A stretch of DNA of 64,000 nt from a virus. Below, one piece after another: positions 57,145 through 64,000 of this stretch. Position 1 is the first letter of the stretch; the number at the start of each line of letters is the position of its first letter. A program made the translations under genes and the position numbers. Below the pieces are notes generated by a model. That model saw nothing but the letters and a program-made list of their open reading frames with translations, was not told the origin of the DNA and did not search any database. The DNA lies in the IMG/VR virus record IMGVR_UViG_3300031088_000734. One strand, given 5' to 3'.

Positions 57145-57507
57145 ATGATCATGTTAAAGATGCTAAGTAAATTGTTTAGTACAGAAAAACGTGTGTTGGC
57201 AGTTGTTTTTGATGATGGCAGAGTGTTGATCTTCAATGAGAAGAATTTTGAGAGAAATTCTCATCTTGCTTCTTATGTGACAGATGACTTTGAAATTATT
57301 GGTAAACAAGTTGACGGTGTTCAATCGGCTAAAATTGATTATTACGATGGAATGGTTCACATGCCAGACCAAACGTTGTATTCAATCCCTTATGACCAAG
57401 AGAAACGCCCAGACACTTCACCATCACTACCTAAGTCTGTTCGTAATGCTGTCTGGAACTATCTGGAAGGTGCAGAAGATAAGGTTCAAATTAAAATGGC
57501 GTCCTAG
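57145..57507 (+). CDS. Hypothetical protein
   Basis: 120 aa; GGAG RBS. Confidence 0.7.
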   Translation: MIMLKMLSKLFSTEKRVLAVVFDDGRVLIFNEKNFERNSHLASYVTDDFEIIGKQVDGVQSAKIDYYDGMVHMPDQTLYSIPYDQEKRPDTSPSLPKSVRNAVWNYLEGAEDKVQIKMAS

Positions 57508-57637
57508 TGGCGTCTTTTTTTTGCTTTTAATTTCCTATCAATCATCAAGTTAAGGCCGCGTTTGGCACTAAAAACTTGTATTAGATGGCGACATTTGGTA
57601 TAATAACCTACTTTCAAAGAGCCTAGGAGCTTTTAAA

Positions 57638-58165
57638 ATGCCAACTAAATACATTCGTCATCAGTCTCGCTTTGTTGTTTTTCATGAAAAGATTGTCCAC
57701 AGTGAAATGGCCCATCGTCTTTTTGGTCGTGACAAACTGATTCATGGGGCTGGTTTCATCAAACTGTTTCTTGATGATGGTCAAGTGAAAGCTAACTGCT
57801 ATGGTGAGAGCGAATCGTTGCGTGTAGGCACTCGACGTGATGACCATACTCATATCTTGGACGCCATCGGTGTTGAGAATGAAGGCGATGTAGAGCATGC
57901 TAAATACGTCATCTGGCGTGGTAAGGCGGTTGTCTTTTCTAATGATCTTGAACACAAAGCCGTAGCAGAAGCAGCGTTTTTGGGCAGTTCGGATTGTGAA
58001 AGTGCTGGTTTCATCAAGTTCATTTTTACAACGGCTGGTAAGGTCAAAGTCCATTGCTATGGTGAAAGCATGAGCCTTGGTGTTTCGTCTCAGCCAAAGG
58101 ACTTCAGAACGATTGCAGACTTGATGGGCATTCCAGAAGCCAATCTGCATTTTAGTAAACAGTGA
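57638..58165 (+). CDS. Hypothetical protein made of two tandem homologous domains
   Basis: KY..VVF...H..A..GAGFIK..V..CYGESxSL occurs twice; AGGAG RBS. Confidence 0.75.
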   Translation: MPTKYIRHQSRFVVFHEKIVHSEMAHRLFGRDKLIHGAGFIKLFLDDGQVKANCYGESESLRVGTRRDDHTHILDAIGVENEGDVEHAKYVIWRGKAVVFSNDLEHKAVAEAAFLGSSDCESAGFIKFIFTTAGKVKVHCYGESMSLGVSSQPKDFRTIADLMGIPEANLHFSKQ

Positions 58166-58190
58166 TAGGTAGTATAGTCAATACGGAGTT

Positions 58191-58412
58191 TTGATCATGA
58201 ATAAACCATTGAATAAAAATGTGCAGTTTGTAAAGGTTAAACAAGATGGTGTTGGGATTGATATTCCTTACCGTGTAAAAACTTTTGGTGATAAAGAGTG
58301 CATCGTGATTGTAGATAAGAAGGCGACCACTTTCAGTAATGATAAACTTTATCAAGACATGGACTGCTATAAGGCCGATCAACAAGTGAAAGTTCAGCAA
58401 TATAAAAAGTAA
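58191..58412 (+). CDS. Small hypothetical protein
   Basis: 73 aa; GGAG RBS. Confidence 0.6.
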   Translation: MIMNKPLNKNVQFVKVKQDGVGIDIPYRVKTFGDKECIVIVDKKATTFSNDKLYQDMDCYKADQQVKVQQYKK

Positions 58413-58456
58413 ACATAGTATCCAGAGAACAAAAAAGGTAGCCTAAGCTACCTTTT

Positions 58457-59347
58457 TTATTGACCGTTGTAATGTATTTTCACGTCTGTATAATAACCTG
58501 TTGAAGCACCCGATCTTGTTGTAGGTGTTGCATAGGCTCCTATTCCTGCTGGTGTATTAACAAATTTATAGAATACTGGTGAATATGACGTAGAGCCTAC
58601 TTTTACGATTGAAATAGAATAATCTATTTTACCGCCAGTTGGCACATATAATTTTTCTGCAAGAACGAACTTATTGAATTTATTATCTAGCATTGTGTTG
58701 GTGTCATAGGCTGGTGAAGATACACATGTTCCGTTTACACATGCTTTTAAGGTTAATTTGTAAGTAGATTTATTTACATAGTTTGCAAATACTATAGATA
58801 GTGCCGTTACATCTCCTGATGGTATATTGGTTATGCTTGACGCAAATACACCCGTATTAGGCCAAATTAACAAATCAGTTGATGTTTTAGGGATGTTTTC
58901 CGATAATGTAAATACTCCCGTAAATTTAGCTGTTGATACTTCTACACTTGTGGTTTTCTCAACAAACTCACCTTTTCCATTTACTGCTTTTATTGTAAAG
59001 GTGTATGTTCCTGATACGGGTGGAACAACATTGATTGACGTTCCGCTTATTTTTGTGAATTCTGTTCCTGTATTTGCCGTAGCAATGTTACTTTTAATGT
59101 AAATTTCTTGAGTGCTTGTTGTTTCCCAATTAAGTGTTATTTGAGTGTTAGCTTCTACGCTTGCAGATGACGAATCAAAAGAAATTATAGTAGGCGGTTG
59201 CTCTACTGGCGGCAATGGTTCTTCTGTTTCAGGAGTATTAATAAATCTTATTTGTGGTTTGGCATCAAATCTTACTTCATATCCAGCGTAGGAAACTGAC
59301 ATGGCAATTCCAGCCAATATCGAAATGGTTAAGTAACTCTTTTTCAT
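58457..59347 (-). CDS. Secreted protein with one Ig-like repeat, [DEG]Y family
   Basis: SYA-GYEVRFDAKPQIRF; IISFDSSS...ITLNWET...GTYTFTIKAVN matches repeats of 22644..24476. Confidence 0.75.
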   Translation of the reverse strand: MKKSYLTISILAGIAMSVSYAGYEVRFDAKPQIRFINTPETEEPLPPVEQPPTIISFDSSSASVEANTQITLNWETTSTQEIYIKSNIATANTGTEFTKISGTSINVVPPVSGTYTFTIKAVNGKGEFVEKTTSVEVSTAKFTGVFTLSENIPKTSTDLLIWPNTGVFASSITNIPSGDVTALSIVFANYVNKSTYKLTLKACVNGTCVSSPAYDTNTMLDNKFNKFVLAEKLYVPTGGKIDYSISIVKVGSTSYSPVFYKFVNTPAGIGAYATPTTRSGASTGYYTDVKIHYNGQ

Positions 59348-59433
59348 ATTTATTATTTTTATTGTTTATTATTACTATAATATAAAACAGATAAAAGTCA
59401 ATTAATAATAAAGATAGTCAAGTATTTTCAATA

Positions 59434-60048
59434 TTAAAGTTTCCAGTTTTTACCACCAGTCATCAATGTGTAGACATAAAATGGAATACCAACCACTATG
59501 ATGCCAATAATCATTATTGGTGCAATCACAACAACACTAATAATCCACAAACCAATTCCTTTAAATATCTCAACAACACCCATCATGTTTTCTTGAGCTG
59601 TTTGACTGAGTGGTTTCACTTCTATTTTATATTGATATTCTATAGACCTAGAAATGTTTGAATATTCAGCATCACAAGGTTTTATATTTACACTGTAATC
59701 ATTGTTTCTATAATGAAATTTAGATTCTAATTCTTTTTTTGTAAATGGGCCTAATTTTTCTTTTAAAATATCATTTTCTAAAGATAAATATTTCAGGCAG
59801 ACAGCCTCATCTTTGTAAATCGGACTCTCTTTTACTATAAGTCTTATAGAGTTATTATCTTTTACATATATTTTTAATGAAGACTTATCTTCAAAAATTT
59901 TGACGTTTAGTCCTATTTTTAAAGGTTCATCCATGTCTTGTTTATAAACTGGCATCTCTTTCTTTGGAGTACTGGAGCACCCTATTAAACTTATTATTGT
60001 TGCAATGACTGTTGTTGTTTTAAGTATGCTTTTTATTTTTGAATTCAT
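59434..60048 (-). CDS. Lipoprotein with C-terminal TM helix, array copy 1
   Basis: Lipobox LIG-CSS; C-terminal IGLWIISVVVIAPIMIIGIIVVGIPFYVY. Confidence 0.75.
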   Translation of the reverse strand: MNSKIKSILKTTTVIATIISLIGCSSTPKKEMPVYKQDMDEPLKIGLNVKIFEDKSSLKIYVKDNNSIRLIVKESPIYKDEAVCLKYLSLENDILKEKLGPFTKKELESKFHYRNNDYSVNIKPCDAEYSNISRSIEYQYKIEVKPLSQTAQENMMGVVEIFKGIGLWIISVVVIAPIMIIGIIVVGIPFYVYTLMTGGKNWKL

Positions 60049-60061
60049 TTTAATTTCCTTA

Positions 60062-60685
60062 TTAAAAATTGGGCTTGTGAATAAAATTAAAGTATATATA
60101 AATTGGAGTAACTACAATTGCTGCAAGAACTACTCCAACTATCATAAATGGAATAGCAATAACCAGTCCTAGTGCGTCTAGAATAGAATGTGTAATTTTT
60201 TTTGGTATATCTTTATTTGCATGTTCAGGAGTTATTTGAATATTATATTTGTATTTATCTTCATCTTTATAACAATTTTTTACAACTATTTTAAACTCTT
60301 TGTTAGATGAGTGTAAGTATGTGTATTCACTGTAAGTCATGCTTTCATTTGTAAATTTACCACCATCACTATATAAAGATTCTTTTACATTTTTATAATC
60401 CAGTGATAATTTAGTTTGGCATTGTTCAATATCATCATATAATGGACTATCTTTTGAAATTAATTTTATTTTATGATTTTTATTCACAACCATTTCGATT
60501 TTCGATCCATCTTCTCCTTTAGCCGCTAATACACCTTCTGGTAGGTCATCTGTACTTTTATATTCTTTGAATTCATTTTTATATGTATATGGTTCTTTGG
60601 GTAAGCTTGAACATCCAACTATACTACTTATTATGGTCGCTACTGTTAGTAGTTTAAATCCTTTTTTTGTGGCGTTATATTTCAT
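60062..60685 (-). CDS. Lipoprotein with C-terminal TM helix, array copy 2
   Basis: IVG-CSS; LGLVIAIPFMIVGVVLAAIVVTPIYIYF; start refined from 60781. Confidence 0.75.
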   Translation of the reverse strand: MKYNATKKGFKLLTVATIISSIVGCSSLPKEPYTYKNEFKEYKSTDDLPEGVLAAKGEDGSKIEMVVNKNHKIKLISKDSPLYDDIEQCQTKLSLDYKNVKESLYSDGGKFTNESMTYSEYTYLHSSNKEFKIVVKNCYKDEDKYKYNIQITPEHANKDIPKKITHSILDALGLVIAIPFMIVGVVLAAIVVTPIYIYFNFIHKPNF

Positions 60686-60714
60686 TAAAAAATCCATTAT
60701 TAACTTATATATAT

Positions 60715-60778
60715 TATTATATAGCATACAATAATACTTATGGCAAACTAATAAAAAAGCTAACTCGATGTTAGCTTT
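60715..60778 (-). repeat. 64-bp terminator+promoter cassette, copy 1
   Basis: 59/64 identical to 61429..61492; AAAGCTAAC/GTTAGCTTT hairpin then TTGCCA-17-TATATA on minus strand. Confidence 0.8.
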
Positions 60779-60792
60779 CATATGGTCATTAG

Positions 60793-61401
60793 TTATTGGA
60801 AGAGACTTTTGATTATATAGACTGGGTAGAGAATGATCATTCCTAATACGATGAATGGAAATGCTATAGTCATTCCAAGAGCACGCCCAATTTTACTCAT
60901 TGTAGATGGTTTACCACTTGATTTGTCATAGTTTTCAACTTTTATTTCATAGTTGTATACTTTTTGGTCTTTTTCAGCGACTGTTGATGTTTTATCTATT
61001 AATTCTTTGTTTTGCTTACAGCCTGTTTTAGTTATTTTGAAGTCAGATGTTTCAGTATGTGAGTATGATCCAAAATTGGTTTCACTTTCTAGTTTTGACT
61101 CTTTCAATATTATTTTAACAGTGTCACGATAATCTTTGTTAGACTGTGTTTGACATTCTTGATCAGTGTAGTAAGCACTTACTTTTTTGATTATAACAAT
61201 TTCATTTTTACCATTTTTCACATATTCAAATGAATCACCATTTTCATTTTTGTCTGTTAGTTGAGTAATTTCTTCTGTTTTATCATTCATTTTTTTGTCA
61301 TAAACCACTACTTGAGGTTTACCCGCACATCCTACTATACTCATTATCATTAACGATACAGTCGTTATCTTAAATCCATTTTTTACCTTTTTAATATCCA
61401 T
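60793..61401 (-). CDS. Lipoprotein with C-terminal TM helix, array copy 3
   Basis: IVG-CAG; LGMTIAFPFIVLGMIILYPVYII. Confidence 0.75.
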   Translation of the reverse strand: MDIKKVKNGFKITTVSLMIMSIVGCAGKPQVVVYDKKMNDKTEEITQLTDKNENGDSFEYVKNGKNEIVIIKKVSAYYTDQECQTQSNKDYRDTVKIILKESKLESETNFGSYSHTETSDFKITKTGCKQNKELIDKTSTVAEKDQKVYNYEIKVENYDKSSGKPSTMSKIGRALGMTIAFPFIVLGMIILYPVYIIKSLFQ

Positions 61402-61428
61402 AAAATCTCGAATGTTTTCTTATATACA

Positions 61429-61492
61429 TATTATATAGCATACAATAGTACTTATGGCAAATTCATAGAAAAGCTAACTCAATGTTAGCTTT
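61429..61492 (-). repeat. 64-bp terminator+promoter cassette, copy 2
   Basis: See copy 1. Confidence 0.8.
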
Positions 61493-61510
61493 TATTTTAT
61501 CATTTTTAAA

Positions 61511-62230
61511 TTATATGTTGAATATTATTAAAAATGGAAATAAGAATATACTTCCAATTACTACACCAATACCCCAAAAATAATAGGGTAATGACATTTT
61601 TAATGATTCAATTTTACAAGAAATCTTTCTAAATAAACTGGCCTCTGCTACTATTTCATACGTGTAATATTGATCTGTTGTTTTTTTTGAGTTGCATGAT
61701 TCGGTGTCTACTACAGAACCTCCATTTTTTAGCATTTTTTTACATTCTCGAATTCTTTTTTTCTCAAATCGACTAACTGTTTTATTACACTCAATTCCAG
61801 TAATATTGAAGTCTGTATACATATTTTTGGTTTTACCCCATGTTAACTGATAATTCTTTTTACATTCTTCTAAATTAACATTTTCGTAATAATATGTCAT
61901 TTTAACAATATTAAATGACATTTTTTCTTCTGTTATCATTTGTGAATTTTTAAAATATTCATTTGAAGAATATCCTAAGTTTGGTGGCACTCTTTCCAAT
62001 GATGCCCCCATATATACAAAAAAATTAAAACTTAATAAAAATACTAAAATTGTAATACTTATTTTCTTGAATGATGAAAAAAATGTGACGAATGGCTTTA
62101 ATGTAAAACAATAAATATTATATATTATTTTTACACAGATAAATTCAAAAAAATTATATAATAAATCACCCAGTCCCTCAGTGAGATTGGTATTTAATAT
62201 CTTTTTTATTTTTTTCCATAGGTTCTTCAT
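61511..62230 (-). CDS. Related protein with N-terminal TM instead of lipobox and C-terminal TM
   Basis: Shared core (YY...CKK.Y...FNIT...C..YTYEIVAE) and C-terminal hydrophobic helix. Confidence 0.65.
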   Translation of the reverse strand: MKNLWKKIKKILNTNLTEGLGDLLYNFFEFICVKIIYNIYCFTLKPFVTFFSSFKKISITILVFLLSFNFFVYMGASLERVPPNLGYSSNEYFKNSQMITEEKMSFNIVKMTYYYENVNLEECKKNYQLTWGKTKNMYTDFNITGIECNKTVSRFEKKRIRECKKMLKNGGSVVDTESCNSKKTTDQYYTYEIVAEASLFRKISCKIESLKMSLPYYFWGIGVVIGSIFLFPFLIIFNI

Positions 62231-62232
62231 AA

Positions 62233-63204
62233 TTAATTTAAACTCATTTTTGGTTTATTTTTATGTTCAATAATTGGTATTACTACGTCTACCATTTCTG
62301 GTTGTTTTTTATTATTCATCTTTTCTAGTAACTTGATGGTGTAGTATGCATCATTTCCGCTGTTGTGCATTTCTGTTTTTACATGATCGATATCATACTC
62401 ATGCAGCATGGTTTGTAATGGCTTTTGTCTGCCCTCTAATCGTTGAGTGTCAATAATCTGCAAGTTTTTGAAATCGCTGATCCATATTCCATGTATTCCA
62501 AACAGTCTTAAATCTTCTTGATGAGAGTGGAACAACGCATAATCAGCTAGTTCCAGTTGTCCTTTGATAATGTCGGTCATCGTGTCTAACGAGATGATTT
62601 CAGTTTTCCCAAATCTAAATCTTCTTTGCAAGCTACTGTCGCTTTTAGTCTTATAGGCAGTATCAATCAGGTAATGCTTGGATATCATGTTGTCACCTTG
62701 CTTCACCGTCATACCCATCTCAGTGATTAAATCTTTTTTGTTGGAAAACTCAAAGTCTATGGATACAATACGTTTTTCTTCAATGTCTTCTGGCATGGTA
62801 TTGACCATCATCTTTTTTAAGGCGGTTTTTGTAATTGATATTTTTTCGGAAAGTCTTACACCACCAACTTCCTTCATTTTTGTTGACATAGCCCTTCTAA
62901 CATCGCCTATGTTGGACACTGTAAACTCTTCCATCTCTTTATATATTTCTGGATTAGCCATGCCCACTCTTTTCACTTTGAAACCCCTTTCCATTTTTAA
63001 GGTCGCAAATAAGTTTATTTTTTCAAAGTCATCTTGTGAGATGTGAATTTCGTCCGTTCCTTTTGGGAAGTATACTTTTTCAACTTTTAAAATATTGAAA
63101 ATGTTAGAATCACTGTAAAAGTCAATAATTTGTTTTTTCTTCTTCGGATCTTTTGTTGTATTTCCTAATGATTTTCGTATTTTGTTAGTGCTGTAATAGT
63201 TCAT
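62233..63204 (-). CDS. DEDDh-type 3'-5' exonuclease-domain protein
   Basis: Exo I IVSIDFEF, Exo II LFHSHQEDL, Exo III HNSGNDAYYT. Confidence 0.75.
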   Translation of the reverse strand: MNYYSTNKIRKSLGNTTKDPKKKKQIIDFYSDSNIFNILKVEKVYFPKGTDEIHISQDDFEKINLFATLKMERGFKVKRVGMANPEIYKEMEEFTVSNIGDVRRAMSTKMKEVGGVRLSEKISITKTALKKMMVNTMPEDIEEKRIVSIDFEFSNKKDLITEMGMTVKQGDNMISKHYLIDTAYKTKSDSSLQRRFRFGKTEIISLDTMTDIIKGQLELADYALFHSHQEDLRLFGIHGIWISDFKNLQIIDTQRLEGRQKPLQTMLHEYDIDHVKTEMHNSGNDAYYTIKLLEKMNNKKQPEMVDVVIPIIEHKNKPKMSLN

Positions 63205-63345
63205 GGAAATATAGATGTATGGTTATTTATTACATTTTACCATTAAACATTAAGAAGAAAAGCAGCAGATATTTTTTCACATTTAAAACTTGCCTTTTTT
63301 ATCATTATTTACTATAATAATTTATTATTTTCTAGGAGTTGTGTC

Positions 63346-64000
63346 ATGGCAAAAATCTTAACCGGCGATAGACCAACAGGTTCACTTCATCTTGGGCATT
63401 TTGTAGGTTCCTTACGCAACCGTGTTGAACTGCAGCACTTGCACCAGCAAACCATTTTGATTGCTGATAATCAGGCATTGACTGACAATATGGGTAATCC
63501 AACGAAAGTCCGTGATAACGTCATTGAAGTTGCCAAAGACTATCTAGCATGTGGTATCGATCCCACCAAGACCACGATTTGTGTCCAGTCTCATCTGCCA
63601 GCGATTGCCGAATTGACGTTACTGTATCTCAACCTTGTCACTGTCTCCCGTTTGGAACGGAATCCTACTATTCGTGATGAGATTAAAGCAAAGAACTTCG
63701 AACGAAGTATTCCAGCAGGCTTCTTAGCCTATCCAGTGGCACAAGCAGCAGACATTACTGCATTCAAAGCCGATCTTGTTCCAGTCGGTGAAGACCAGCT
63801 TCCATTGATTGAGCAAGCCAATGAAATCGTTCACAAATTGAACACTCAGCTAGGTTTTGAAATTGTTCCTGCTATCAAAGCTATTACTTCGACAGTCGGA
63901 AGACTACCAAGCCTTGATGGTAAATCTAAAATGAGCAAATCGCTAGGTAATACGATTAGTCTATACGCAAGCATGAAAGACATTCAAAAGGCCGTCAATT
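63346..64000 (+). CDS. trpS: Tryptophanyl-tRNA synthetase (runs off window end; absent from ORF track)
   Basis: Hand translation: [23 protein letters not shown]...[15 protein letters not shown]...VPVGEDQLP...[11 protein letters not shown]; HIGH-like HLGH and KMSKS motifs; AGGAG RBS. Confidence 0.95.
   Translation, partial: MAKILTGDRPTGSLHLGHFVGSLRNRVELQHLHQQTILIADNQALTDNMGNPTKVRDNVIEVAKDYLACGIDPTKTTICVQSHLPAIAELTLLYLNLVTVSRLERNPTIRDEIKAKNFERSIPAGFLAYPVAQAADITAFKADLVPVGEDQLPLIEQANEIVHKLNTQLGFEIVPAIKAITSTVGRLPSLDGKSKMSKSLGNTISLYASMKDIQKAVN

Noticed and set aside
225-63046. Many 60-175 aa ORFs overlapping longer genes on the opposite strand or in alternate frames (e.g. 225..662, 12402..12752, 29548..29913, 31137..31667, 33699..34184, 48688..49098, 57623..58150, 62678..63046)
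   Set aside because: Shadow ORFs without RBS or promoter context, overlapping better-supported genes.

Overview
AT-rich, gene-dense accessory region of a large mobile replicon, most likely a jumbo phage or megaplasmid of a Gram-negative host (inference). There are no virion, replication, conjugation, rRNA or cas genes in the window. Most of the roughly 95 genes are short hypotheticals arranged as terminator / sigma70 promoter / gene cassettes, with many paralogue families. Recognisable functions: tRNA-Leu(TAG), tRNA-Cys(GCA), a 3'-truncated trpS, a tnpB-only IS200/IS605 element, a CDF Zn transporter, two GNATs, an N6-adenine DNA MTase, a class I SAM MTase, a T4 gp30.3-like NADAR, an HNH nuclease, a DEDDh exonuclease, a PRTase-fold protein, a Spy/CpxP-like protein and four trypsin-like lipoproteins. 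The main unexplained signals are: (1) a non-coding island at 26.1-27.7 kb with a repeated, covarying structured RNA (two full copies plus one extra 3' domain, each full copy with its own promoter) that I cannot assign to a known family; (2) two aberrant tRNA-shaped RNAs with their own promoters; (3) twelve otherwise divergent proteins sharing a C-terminal motif with invariant Met at -4; (4) five secreted proteins sharing a mature N-terminal strand motif; (5) a tandem array of lipoproteins with a C-terminal TM helix. No database searches or folding programs were run; all family calls come from motif recognition by eye.
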